From assembly GCF_006345805.1 (NCBI RefSeq), contig NC_042998.1, positions 23,188,001 through 23,252,000 of the forward strand: DNA of 64,000 nucleotides, written 5' to 3'. Positions 36,139 to 48,885 of this stretch are shown one piece after another. A program made the translations under genes and the position numbers. How positions within the stretch are numbered: position 1 is the stretch's first letter; each line of letters starts with the position of its first letter. The stretch comes from Octopus sinensis. Taxonomy: Eukaryota. The notes under the pieces are model-generated. The model worked only from the letters and a program-made list of their open reading frames with translations. It had not been told where the DNA came from and made no database searches.

Positions 36139-36590
36139 CACCATCACCAGTGCTTTTCATGTGGCCCCATCACCAGTGCTTTTCATGAGACACCATCACC
36201 AGTGTTTTTCATGTGGCCCCATCACTGGTGCTTTTCATGTGGCCCCATCACCATTGTTGTTCATGTGGCACCATCACCAGTGCTTTTCATGTGGCACCAT
36301 CACCAGTGTTTTTCATGTGGCCCCATCACTGGTGCTTTTCATGTGGCCCCATCACCATTGTTGTTCATGTGGCACCATCACCAGTGCTTTTCATGTGGCA
36401 CCATCACCAGTGTTTTTCATGTGGCCCCATCACTGGTGCTTTTCATGTGGCCCCATCACCATTGTTGTTCATGTGGCACCATCACCAGTGCTTTTCATGT
36501 GGCACCATCACCAGTGTTTTTCATGTGGCCCCATCACCAGTGCTTTTTATGTGACACCATCACCAGTGCTTTTCATGTGGCACCACATGA
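36139..36590. repeat. 26-bp minisatellite (about 17 units) with a 104-bp higher-order period
   Basis: Unit ccatcaccagtgcttttcatgtggc(a/c). The variant ccattgttgtt recurs at 36251, 36355 and 36459. The array grows out of an RTE-tail element starting at about 35965. Confidence 0.95.
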
Positions 36591-37380
36591 AAAACATACA
36601 GTTGATTATATTATCTTCAGTGTTAGTTAATCTCATTGAACACCAGAAGGATGAAAAGCAAAACCCAATGCATTTCGCCAGACGCTCTACCAAACTGCAA
36701 TCACAGTGTCCTTATATTTACATTAATATTGATTTCTAACATAGATATGACATACAAGCCATTACTGCTGAAGCTGCTGCTGTTGCTTTCCATGTGATTA
36801 TGTCTATAGACAATGTGTTCCCTATCTTTCAACTGTAACCTTCCACCTCCTCCTCTCCATTAGCTCCACAATGTATGAAGCTTGGGGTTATACTTTTGCT
36901 TTTGCATTCATATTCTTTCTTTGATAGAATGAAATAAAATAATGCAAACCTAAGCAATAAATATTGTGTCAATGTTGGTGTCAGTTCTGACTGAGCAGAC
37001 CCATGATCAAAAGCATTCATCTAACCATGGCAAGCATGTACGGTGCTGTGGTTGGAGTGTTGGGCTGGCAATCATAAGCTTGTGGGTTCAATTCCCGAAC
37101 CAGGAGGTGCAGGGTGTCCTTATGCAGGGTACTTTATTTTGCATTGCCCCAGTCTGCTTAGCTGAAATAAGTACTAGTCAAGTGCTGGTCCTCTGTCTCT
37201 CAGGTTGTCACACTTTGAATGTTCAGCTGACTGAAAGGTTGTCAGGCCCTCAGGTGTCCATATGGTTTTTCTATATCTAGCAGGTCAAGAAACAACATAG
37301 AAGATTTCTGTTTTGTTAGATGGAAAAGTATAAACTGCATTGATCACCTGCAATGTATGAGCACTGACATGTGACCCAAA

Positions 37381-37561
37381 AGGCTCTTGGCTTTTAGATG
37401 AATGACACCAGTGTCCAGAGATCATTCAAATGGGTTGGAGGACACCAAGAATAGTCTATGTTAGAGTAGCACAATAAGGCTCTTGGCTTTTAGATGAATG
37501 ACACCAGTGTCCAGAAATCATTCCAATGGGTTAGAGGACACCAAGAATGGTCTATGTTAGA
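37381..37561. repeat. 96-bp direct tandem duplication
   Basis: aggctcttggcttttagatgaatgacaccagtgtccag... at 37381 and 37477; the second copy is truncated by a SINE B fragment. Confidence 0.9.
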
Positions 37562-38294
37562 TCCGAAAGGATGAAAGGCAAAGTTGACCTCAGCAGAATT
37601 TGAACTCAGAATGTAACAGCAGACGAAATACCGCTAAGCATTTCGTCCGGTGTGCTAACATTTCTGCCAGCTCGCTGCCTTGCCATACAGCCATTCCTCA
37701 GCCTATAAAGCCACTGCTGCACTTATAAATTGCTCATAAATTTTAACAACAAAAACTCTTGTATGGACCTCTAAAAGGTCATACGAACCCTAGTTGAGAA
37801 CTAGCGCCCTATACACTTGTTAGGCCTGCAAGAAATAGCAGCTACATTTCCCTCAACTTATGCATTACCATTTTAAATGAAAAGGGAAACACTAAACATA
37901 TTCATTCCTCACATACCCCAACCAATACAAGATGCTTGCTAGTCAAATGCCCTTGAACATAAGTCTGCTGCTCAGTCAGGACTGATTTGGAGCTAGACAA
38001 CAATTTGGAGCAGAGGCAACAAAAACAACTGAATTAAAGGCTGAAGTGAAATTTAAGATGTTAAAATAATTCCATTTTGTCATTATATCCACCAAACATA
38101 AATTGTACCTTAAGTTAGCAGTAATTTCCTTTCAGTTGATTATGCTAAAATCTGCAATGATTCCAACACAAGAACAGTGTTTCCTAAGAAGCCAGCAGGC
38201 TATTATTCTCATTGAATTCTTGGTTTTGGTGAATGACATTTCTATTGATTTATCTGGTTATGTAATGGACAATTTATTATCGTTATTATTATTA

Positions 38295-38341
<47 letters not shown>

Positions 38342-41300
38342 GTTATTAAAGTTAACTTTGGGAAACAATGAGGCAGCTGATAAGATAGAGAAAGTATTTG
38401 CATTTTAAGTGGTTATAATGTTGGTGGGGAGCAGGGAAAAGAAGAGAGGAGAGGGAAGAGAAATGTGGTAGAGACAAAAAGGGAGGAAGGAAGAGGAAGA
38501 GAGGCAGGGAACAGAGAGCGAAATAGGAGGTGGGTATGCAGTCAGGATACATGGAATAGAAGAAGAGTGTGTGTGAGAGTGAGAAAGAGAAAAAGAAGAG
38601 AGATACAGAGGAAGGTGGAGGAAAACAGATGCAGGTGGAAAAAATCAAAGAGAAACAGACCGGGCCGATATTGAAAGAAATAGACAGGATTGTAATCAGA
38701 AAGGCAAAGAATGGTAGAAGCATGCTAGATAAACAAGCAAATAGACAAACAGACAGATATAGCGATACATAGATAGATATTATGTTTGTCATTTCAACAG
38801 AAGAATTTTCCCCTGCTTGAAAGGAACACTAATAAAATTCCATCACTTAATGTAGAACCAATCAATTAATCAATCAAATCAATACGTTATTTATCTCACA
38901 GCCTCCTGCCAATATAAGAAATCAATATTGTATTTATCACACACGGCTCTCACAAATGCAGTGATTTTAAAGCCACTTTAAGGGGTTTTCTCATTTGGTA
39001 ACAACAATTAGGCCTTGCATCTCTCTCTCTCTCTTCCTCAACATGCATGTGGGAATGTATGTATATATACATACGTATGTGTGTGTATATGTATGCATAT
39101 AAATATGTATGTATGAATGCACATGCATTTGTGCATGTATGTGTTGGGTATGACTTAAACTGCATCCAGTGGTAGGGCTCTGGTTTGGGAGTTTGAGGGT
39201 TTCAAGGAATGCGGAACCACTTCTTAGCCACTATTGTTCTCTGGTCTACTCAGACCCAGAGTGGTACCCCCTGTTAGGGTCCCAGCTTTGGATCAACTAG
39301 AATCTGAGCATGGGGGTGTAGGTAAACATACCTGTGTCAGTGCTGCGTAAAAGCACCCAGTACACTCTGTAAAGTGGTTGGTGTTAGGAAGGACAAACCA
39401 TGCCAAGACAGACACGAAGCTTGGGCAGCGCTTCAGCTGGTCAGCTTCAGTCGAACCCATGCCAACATGGAAAATGAAGATGATGACGTGCATATTAATT
39501 TGTTCATGAGTGAAAGTGTGCCTGCAAATGTTAACACTAGTCTAAAATTGGTTTCTTTTTTGTTTTTATATTTTGCATCCTGGGACACAGTGGTCTGGCA
39601 AGTAGGGAAAATGAAAGAAGCACCAAACTGAAATCTGTACTTAATACTTATCTTCTTTTTTTTTCATCATCTTTTTGTTTTAGATATTAGATTGCGGTCA
39701 TGCTGGGGCACTGCCTTGAAGAAATTTTGGTTGAATGAATCAACCCCAGTACTTTTTAAGTCAGGTACTTATTTTATTGGACTCTTTTGCTGAACCACCA
39801 AGTTACAGGGATGTAAACAAACCAACACCACTTGTCAAGTGGTGTGTGTGTGTGTGTAGAATAAATACAGATACAATACATAGTATACACGCACACATAT
39901 ATGATGGGCTTCTTTCAGTTTCTGTCTATCAAATCCACTCACAAGGCTTTTGCTTGACCCAAGGCCATAGTAGAAGACATTTGTAGATGGAAACTGAAAA
40001 GAAGCCTGTAGTATATATGTGTGTGTGTATGTAAGTATATCTTTGTGTCTGTATTTGTTCTGCCCAACACTATTTGATAACCGGTATAGGTGTGTTGATA
40101 ACCGGTATAGGTATTCCAATAACTTAGCAGTTCACTAAAAAGTGACCGATAGAATAAGTACCTGGCTTAAAAAGAGAATAAGAACCGGGATCGATTTGTT
40201 TGACTAAAATTCTTCAAAGCAGTGCCCCAACATGACCACAAATGACTGAAGCATTTATGCTGGCATGAGGAATTAGTGGTAAAATTTTGGTTTCCTGTGC
40301 TATAATGGGAAAATGACTTGACTCTGTAAGGCACTAAGATTTAAAACCGACTTTGAACTGAGATCAAATATGAATACAAGGGAGCCAGTATGCAGCTGTT
40401 CACCTTTATAGCAATCACAGCTTTATTTCTCTCAAATCTCACCATAGCACGATAAAAGAGCAAGGACATAATCAATAGTGTAGTCCTAGATATCGAATGT
40501 CTGAATAAAAGCTGGGTAAAACTGGTACATCTTTGATCATAGAACTGCTCAACCAAAGCTGACCAGGAGCTAAACCATCATTAACCATAACAACATCTTA
40601 AATTCTTTGCAATAGTGAGTGAGTGTGTGTGTGTGTGTGTGTGTGTGTCTGCATGTTTGTGTATGTATGCAGTTGTGTGTGTGTGTGTGTGTCTGCATGT
40701 TTGTGTATGTATGCAGTTTGAAGTGCATGTGTGTGTCTATGTATCTGTATGTTCTTAAAAGTGAATATATATATGTGTGTGTGTATGTTTGTGTATGTAT
40801 GCAGTTTGAAGTGCATGTGTGCGTGTATGTATCTGTATGTTCTTAAAAGTGAATATATATGTGTGTGTATGTATGCAGTTTGAAGTGGATGTGTGTGTGC
40901 GTGTGTGTGTGTAAGAGAGTCAGAGAGAGAGGGAGAGAGAAACAGAGAGAATTCTTTGTGTGTATTTGTTGTAAAGCATATGCACATATATGTGTATGTA
41001 TGTGTTCGTTTCTACACTTGTGTGCGGAATATTATTCCAGTCAAGACTGAAGGTACGTGAAATGGTTGTAAAAGAGTACTCAACATCAACCCACACTACC
41101 ATCACCATCACAACCACACACTGCCACCAACACCATCATACCACCATCACCACCACCACCACCGCCATCACAAGCTCTACAGATACCCATGGAAAAATTC
41201 ACAGCTGTTAGATATGTATTTCTCACCACCACCACCACCACCACCACCATCATCACTACCGCTACTGAAGATGTTGATCAGTTCACAGAGTTCCTCGATA

Positions 41301-41417
41301 TAACATTTTGGAATTGTAGAAATGCTTAACAAGCCTATTGATATTTGAAGATATCTGTATTCAAGAACATCTGCTCATTGTTAACTACTAAGGAAGCTTA
41401 ATTCTTTCATAAGCTTA

Positions 41418-41451
<34 letters not shown>

Positions 41452-42802
41452 GATAGCTATTTATATATGAGTACATTTTGGATGTGCAATTCAGGGATAA
41501 ACTTATACACCTCTGTATGTGCGCATGCACCTGTGTGTGTGTGTGTGTGTGATTGTTTATATATATATATATATATATATATAAGAGAATGTAAGTGTGG
41601 TTATTATCATGTATAGACGCTTGTGTATAAAATCATTGTCATCATCGTTTTAACGTCCATTTTTTCCATGCCTGCATGGATCAGACGGAATTTCTTGAGG
41701 AGGATTGATATTGTTGAAATTGCAATGAAGGAGCCTTGGATCTAGATTAAAAACTGGCTCTTTCTCTATTGGCAAGAAATCTTGAAATAAAACTGAATAA
41801 CATACATGCATGCATACATACATAGCAACAACAACGCAACGTAACAATGCATTGCATAGCATAATGCTTTTTTTGAGTAGAGGAAAAGGCCATCTGAGAA
41901 GCGCTCTGCAAACATGAAAGCAGCACAACACAAAAACATGTGGATCTTTTTCTAAAATTCTACATGTAGCTTCTATCTTCTTGTTGCTGTTGTTGTCTAA
42001 ATAGCAAGTGATCATCATCATCATCATCATCATCGTTTAACGTCCGTTCTCCATGCTAGCATGGGTTGGACGGTTCGACCGGGGTTCTGGGGAGCCAGAA
42101 GGCTGCACCAGGCTCCAGTCTAATCTGGCAATGTTTCTACAGCTGGATGCCCTTCCTAACGCCAACCACTCCGTGAGTGTAGTGGGTGCTTTTTACGTGC
42201 CACCTGCACAGGTGCCAGGCGAGGCTGGCAACGGCCACTGTCAGATTGGTGTATTTTATGTGCCACCGGCACGGAAGCCAGTCGAGGCGGTGCTGGCATC
42301 GGCCACGAGTCGGGTAGTGCTTTTTACGTACCACCAGGCCAGAGATCCTGGCTGGTTCAATTCGATTTCGATTTCGCTTGCCCCAACATGTCTTCACATG
42401 CAAAGGGGGTTGGCATGGGTGCCTGTCGTACGGTCAAATTGGAGTATTTTACGTGCCACGGCCACGAGTCGGATAGTGCTTTTTACGTACCACCAGACCA
42501 GGGATCCTGGCTGGTTCAATTGATGTAATTTCATTTCTTAGTTAGAAACCAGTTTCTTCGTTAGAAGAATTCATACACACATATGCACACACATTTATTA
42601 AATTATTTGAAGCCAAAGCAAAAGTCAAGTCAGAGAGTGACGGAGAAAAGCCTCATCTTCAAATAAATGAAAAAATTCAATGCATGCATTGAGTGCTTTC
42701 CTTTCCACTTATAATTTCAAATGTGTGTATGTGTGAGTGTGTGTGTTTGTGTATGTGTGTGTGTGTGTGTGTGCATGTGTATACATCCATCAATCCATCC
42801 AT

Positions 42803-42845
<43 letters not shown>

Positions 42846-42847
<2 letters not shown>

Positions 42848-43146
42848 CGTAACTGACCAGGCTATCAGATGTTGCTACACATCGCTGGTCACAATGCACT
42901 TCACATTGTTTTAGCTTTCAAATGACGCCACCGCGCTGGCTAAGCGAGCAGGCCAACAGAAGAAAGAGTAAGAGAAAGTTGTGGCGAAAGAGTACAGCAG
43001 GGATCGCCACCACTCCCTGCCGGAGCCTTGTAGAGTTTTAGGTGTTTTCACTCAATAAACACTCACAACGCCTGGTCTGGGAATCGAAACTGCTATCTTA
43101 CAACCATGAGTTCGCTGCCTTAACCACTGGGCCATTGCGCCTCCAC
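42846..43146 (-). mobile_element. SINE family C in a (TA)n tract
   Basis: Same head and 3' end as 7601-7873. Confidence 0.85.
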
Positions 43147-43316
43147 ATACACACACATATATATATGTATGTGTGTATACGGAGCAAATAATTCAGGAGA
43201 AAATATTTGCGAAGATATCATTGACTTTATTATTTTCTAGTGTAACAATTTAAAAATGATAATAACAAAATCAATAATATAGGTGATTGGATGCCCCAAA
43301 AATCATTAAATAGCTG

Positions 43317-43479
43317 AAGGATTAGAATTAATCAAAGGATATACTAAGTATGTCTACCTGCTGGAAATAACAGTAAAACTCTTACTTAAATTGCCAAATG
43401 GTGCATTAAATAAGAATTTTGACTGTTATTTCCAGCAGGTAGACATACTTAGTATGTCCTTTGATTAATTTTAATCCTT
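43317..43479. repeat. Long near-perfect inverted repeat (about 62-bp arms, extendable into the loop)
   Basis: aaggattagaattaatcaaaggatatactaagtatgtctacctgctggaaataacagt is followed about 40 nt later by its reverse complement, with about 3 mismatches. Confidence 0.95.
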
Positions 43480-43591
43480 TGCCTATATTTTTTCCTGCGT
43501 GGAAATACACCCCCTCTTTTGTTATATTTATATATTACGAAGATGTACTTGCATAGCAAGTGACCTGATCTGAGATTGTGTGCTGGAACGA

Positions 43592-43805
43592 AAACAATTG
43601 CAGCGGGGAAGGTGTTTATAAGCCATTTAAGAAACACAAAAACTGTTAGATTCACTTCAACATTGAAATTTAATTTGTCAAAATATTTTCGCTTTGAGAC
43701 TGTGACCTGTTCACTGACAAATTAAATTTAAATGTTGAAGTGAATCTAACAGTTTTTGTGTGTTTCTTAAATGGCTTATAAACACCTTCCACGCTGCAAT
43801 TGTTT
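43592..43805. repeat. Long near-perfect inverted repeat (about 89-bp arms, 34-nt loop)
   Basis: Arms 43592-43680 and 43715-43805 differ by 2 substitutions and one 2-nt indel. Confidence 0.95.
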
Positions 43806-43819
43806 ATATATATATATAT

Positions 43820-44060
43820 ATATATAACGGGAAGCTTTATGAAAATAAACAAAAGACGAAGGCAGGTGGAAGACAAACGAACAATTGTATTAGTATGGCG
43901 CTCAGGAAAATAAATAAAACAAGTCTTTAACGTTTCGAGCCTACGCTCTTCAACAGAAAGATACACAGAGAGAGAAAAACACAGAAAGAAGGAGAGAAAA
44001 AAAATGCGTGCAGTAGCTAACGAATCAACATGGCGATCTGATTTCGGCCAGAGGTCAAAG
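43820..44060 (-). repeat. Penelope-like non-autonomous repeat with a minimal hammerhead-like fold (family also at 32010-32220 and 6090-6250)
   Basis: Shared block ...ggaagctttatgaaaataaacaaaagacga... and minus-strand TCTTT-CTGTTGA-aGAGCgtagGCTC-GAAAC-GT-T-AAAGA. Confidence 0.55.
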
Positions 44061-44544
44061 ATCAAACATGAGACGCGAGAGCGAAATAAGGGGAGATAAT
44101 AGGGTTGATAAAAGGGTTGAGTGACCAGCTAAAAGTGCGTGGGAGGGGTCTGGATGTGTGTATGTATAGGGTTGGTGTATGTATTAGTATGTATACGGGT
44201 GTGTGTGTGTGTGTGTGTATGAGAGAGTATTAGTGCGTAAGATTGGTCTGGACGTGCGTATGTATGGGGTTGGTGTATGTATTAGTACGTATATATATAC
44301 ATATGGTGCTAAGTAAAAAGCCTCCATGTTGTGCCATGTGAAAAGCACCCAGTACACTCAGTAAAGTGGTTTGGCATTAGGGAGGGCATCCAGCCATAGA
44401 AACCAAGCCAAAACCGAAGCATACAAGTGGGATGTCTATATGTGCAGTACCTCCACAGAAGTGTTGCTCCCACAGGGGTAACTCATCCAACCCATGCTGT
44501 CATAGAAAGCAGAAGTAAAATGATGAGGATGATCTTTTAGTTTA

Positions 44545-44905
44545 TACTACTTTCAGTCATGAATTTGTGGCCATGCTGGAGTATCCTTTTGAAAAAATTT
44601 TAGCTGAATGAATCAATCTTTGTACTTGTTTATTTTTTTCTAAGCATGGTACTTACTCCGTTGGCCTTCTTTGCTGAACCGCTAAGTTATGGGCTGTAAA
44701 CACATCTACACTGCTTGTCAAATGGTAGTGGTGGTGGTGGTGGGTAGCAAACACAAACACACACACACAGAGGCTGCTTTCAGTTTCTATCTAGCAAATC
44801 CACTCACATGACTTTGGTTGGCCCAATCCTATAAGGGAAGATACTTACCCAAAGTGCCAATCAGTGGGACTGAACACAGAACCATGTAGTTGGAAAGCAA
44901 GCTTC
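44545..44905 (-). mobile_element. SINE family A copy
   Basis: Diverged reverse-complement match to the family consensus. Confidence 0.75.
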
Positions 44906-45480
44906 TTTTTTTGTATATCTATGTTGTATATCATGTGATCACATGACATACAACATAGTAGGATATACAATAATGTCAAAGTTACTTTGCGTGTATATGC
45001 AGGTATAACACATCCAGATTGTTAGAAATTGGTATAGAAGTTGATGGATATAAGAAACAAATTAAAGATGAATCTTCCCTTGACTAGGATACCTGTCTAT
45101 CACAGTTTACATATAGACAAGGTCTGGTGCCTGTTTCTGTCAAGTAGGTTAACTGATGTACTGAAGAATAAAGTGTTCTGCACAGAAACACTTTGGGTTG
45201 TCTGCAACATATTTGAACTCTCTCTGAGATGGAGTCATATTATTTTATCTATATGACCATTTCTTTTCTACTGTCTGTCAAATACATAAAAACAAGAAGA
45301 TTCTTGTGTAACCTACTCCTTTATACAGCACTAAGTGGTTATATTGTAACAGTGTCTCAAATTAAAACACTGTAATAACAGTGTACAAAATATGCTGGAG
45401 TTTGAAAAAATATCTTGTTCAGAGGGAAAATATCCATTGAAGTTTATACAAGAAGCTTTTGTTTAGTTATATACCAAATG

Positions 45481-45890
45481 AGATGGCAGAAATGTTAGCG
45501 TGCCAGGCGGAATGCGTAGCCGTATTTCGTCTGTCTTTACGTTCTGAGTTCAAATTCCGCCGAGGTTGACTTTGCCTTTCATCCTTTCAGGGTCAATAAA
45601 TTAAGTACCAGTTACGTACTGAGGTTGATGTAATCAACTTGATCCCTTTGTCTGTCCTTGTTTGTCCCCTCTGTATTTAGCCCCTTGTGGGTAGTAAAGA
45701 AATAGGTATTTTGTCTGCCATTACATTCTGAGTTCAAATTCCGCCGAGGTCAACTTTGCCTTTCATCCTTTCGGGGTCGATAAATTAAGTACCAGTTACA
45801 CACACTGGGTCAATGTAATCGACTTAATCCCTTTGTCTGTCCTTGTTTTTCCCCTCTATGTTTAGCCCCTTGTGGGCAATAAAGAAATAT
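45481..45890 (+). mobile_element. SINE family B dimer
   Basis: Same dimeric structure in plus orientation. Confidence 0.85.
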
Positions 45891-46675
45891 ATATACCAAA
45901 TGATGTCAAATAAATGACAATGTATTTATTGAATATTTAAAAATTTTTGATTATTTTAAAAATTAACTGAAACACACAGATGGTGTATCTTAGAGGATAA
46001 CAAGAGGATTAAACAAACAATCTAATAAAAGTATGACCCTAGAATCAAAATAAAGAAATGTAGCACAAATCAGTGTATTCACTGCTGCTAAATGCAAATT
46101 GTTTTGAAGCCGTAGGTAACTCTGAGAATATTATTAGCTGTAATTGCAAATTTATATAAATAGAATAATCACATATGTTATTATTCAAAGTGGGCATTCC
46201 AGCAAGCATTCTAAAGATTGCAAAAAATTCCTGAAACAGGAGGTGGTGATGGTGATAGTCCAGAGACAATTATGGATGCTTTCCTGATAATCCATGTATC
46301 TTATATCAAAACCTCCTGAGACTCTACAAAAAAACAATATGTTTAAAAAATAGTTACCATTCTGTACAGATAAACGAAACAAAAATACACCTGGCAGCCA
46401 CGTCAAGTTACTCCTTGCCAAAGAGAAATCAAAATAAAACCACATGTTCTGGTACATTTTAAATTTATTAGAATGTTAACAGTTTTCTTTCTAAATCAAC
46501 TACAGAATCATATCGAAAAGCAACAAACATGCATTTCCGTAAGTGCATGTGCAGAAAAAACTTCCGTGTAGCAATAAATAAGCCACTCTGCACTGGAAAA
46601 TAACTGCCATCCACATTATCATTCAGTAATCAGTATTTCAGTATCATTGGCCCAACACCAATAACATTTATAATG

Positions 46676-47420
46676 TTTCATCATCATCATCATTATCATC
46701 GTTTAATGTCTGCTTTCCATGCTAGCATGGGTTGGACGATTTGACTAAGGACTGGCGAACCAGATGGCTGCACCAGGATCCAATCTTGATCTAGCAGAGT
46801 TTCTACAGCTGGATGCCCTTCCCAATGCCAACCACTCCGAAAGTGTAGTGGGGTGCTTTTACGTGCCACCTGCACGAGGCCAGTCAGGTGGTACTGGCAA
46901 TGGCTATGCTCAAATGGTGTTTTTTACATGCCACCTGCACAGGAGCCAGTCCAGCAGTACTGGCAATGACCTCACTCGAATGTTTTTTCACATGCCACTG
47001 GCACGGAGGGCAGTCAACTGCTCTGGCAACGATCATGCTCAGATGGTGCTCTTAGCGTTCCACTGGCACGGGTGCCAGTCATCAAATTTGATTCAATTTC
47101 GATTTCACTTGCCTCAACAGGTCTTTGCAAGCAGAGTTTAACGTCCAATGAAGGAAAGGTACACATAAGTGGGCTGGTTACACCCCTGGCATAGGCCATG
47201 AGGTTATGGTCTCACTTGGCTTGCCGGGTCTTCTCACGCACTGCATATTTCCAAAGGTCTTGGTCACTAGTCATTGCCTTGGTGAGGCCTAATGTTTGAA
47301 GGCCTCACCAAGCAGCTACACTTTCAGTACACCCTCCTCTGCTACTGACTTAGTCACTTAGGTAATGGAAGCTATAAACTACTTCTAGTTTTTCTCCCTG
47401 GAATGTGGCAATGTTTAACT
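46676..47420 (-). mobile_element. 5'-truncated, internally deleted RTE LINE 3' end with a single-copy 3' UTR
   Basis: Reads LEVVYSFHYL..SSRGGCTESV joined to LGLTKAMTSDQDLWKYAVREKTRQAK*, then one 3' UTR and a (GAT)n tail. Confidence 0.8.
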
Positions 47421-47920
47421 GTTGATATTAGGTACAACTAAAGGCAGCAAGCTGGCAAAATTGTCGGTATGCTGGGTAAAAAAGCTCAGTGGCATTTTGT
47501 CTGTCTCTGCATTCTGAATTCAAATACTGATGAGGTTGACTTCACCTTTCATTGTTTTGGAGTCAATAAAATAAAGTATTGGGATCGATGGAATTGACTT
47601 GCCCCCTCCCCCGAAATTGCTGGCTTTGTGCTAAAATTTGAAACCAGTATTAGGTACAACTCTGTGTTCCTCTAAAGCAGGAATTCTCAAACATTTTCTT
47701 CCATCATTACCCTTCATCATGTCTAGTAATGTTGGTGTGCCCCAGGTAGAATAAAATGCGATATGGTTTGGATATCATAGAATAGACAACACATATTATT
47801 TGTTATTAGTTTAATTTAAAGAGTTTGAATTCTGCTGTGTTCAAAATTTTTTTGCCTTTCATCCTTCTACAATTGATAAAATAAATTGACTGTCACACAC
47901 CCAGTTTCTGACCTTGTGCT

Positions 47921-48140
47921 TACCAGAGGACACTGGAAAGTTCCTGACTTTAAGGGTATCATGAAAGACCTGGTTGGAGGCCCAACCTTTTGAGTTCTTT
48001 TACAGGGCTTAGAAAAACTGAAAGACTGTTGCAATAAGTATGTGAATTTGAGAGGGGGATATGTTGAATAAAATCATAATTAACTGATCCTTCTGTATTT
48101 TCTTTTACCCAAACCAGGAACTTTCCAGCACGCCCTCATA
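47921..48140 (+). mobile_element. Mariner-type non-autonomous element
   Basis: TIRs gagg..actggaaagttcctg / caggaactttccagcacgccctc with flanking TA. Internal GLEKLKDCCNKYVNLRGGYVE* resembles the mariner transposase C-terminus. Confidence 0.8.
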
Positions 48141-48311
48141 TGTAAGAAATTAATTTTATTTAGTGATTGCAACATGGTAGCCATTCAGAAATCCGCCAAG
48201 ACCTTTAACTTCACTTGAACATTTATTTGTAATATGATGTCAAAATTTTTGTTGCACGTTTTTTAACAGTGACTTGGTTGAAGTTAAACTGACTGAAATT
48301 TTGACACCATA

Positions 48312-48720
48312 TCTTTATATATAAAAGTCAAGTTGTGTGTCTGTCTCCTACGATTTAGATTCCTAACTACTCCCACATTTTGCGGTGCAGTTTAACCAAA
48401 ACCGGGTATCTTATAGTCGTGATTCATATCGAGCCCTTCTGGGTATTAGCGTGCGTCTATGATGAGTCTACGATTTAAAATAAAATTTACCATCATTTTT
48501 TTCCATTTTAATGCATTTTTTTCGCTATTATATAAGGGAAGTAACTCTCTAAAAATGTCTACGGTGAGTCAACGATTTAAAAAAAAATTTACCATAATTT
48601 TTTTTCCATTTTTAATGCATTTTTTTGCTATTTTTTGCTATTTTTTGGCTATAACTCTCTAAAAATGCTTATATGGTTATTTCCCTTACAAACCCGAGCA
48701 ACGCCGGCCAATACTGCTAG
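48312..48720 (+). mobile_element. Helitron-type non-autonomous element
   Basis: Starts TC(tttatatataaaa) after A. Ends with GC-rich cccgagcaacgccgg then CTAG before T (A|T insertion, no TSD). Confidence 0.75.
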
Positions 48721-48885
48721 TTACAAATAAATGTTTAAGTGAAGTTAACAGTCTTTGAGTATTCCTGAATGGCTAACTCATGTCATCTGTGCTGCAAGCA
48801 CAGTGGTTTCATCACATGGTCTCAATTCAAAACATTTGCCATGAAAGAATATCTCCGTAATTTAATTTAGTTTAATACTCTACTT

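Noticed and set aside
36011-36739. 242-aa and 171-aa ORFs
   Set aside because: They result from a stop-free 26-bp minisatellite read in shifting frames.
38136-38215. Acceptor followed by DYAKICNDSNTRTVFPKKPAGYYSH*
   Set aside because: No donor, no recognisable homology and no partner exons.
40390-40455. Signal-peptide-like micro-ORF MQLFTFIAITALFLSNLTIAR*
   Set aside because: It ends in a stop with no splice donor nearby, so it cannot be linked to a gene from sequence alone.
41041-41052. 12-nt micro-exon candidate (ttccag|TCAAGACTGAAG|gtacgt)
   Set aside because: The splice signals are plausible but it is too short to distinguish from chance without RNA data.
46220-46300. GGGDGDSPETIMDAF, resembling a VWA-domain GGGDxPE motif
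   Set aside because: In-frame stop immediately upstream, weak splice sites and no other VWA exons seen.
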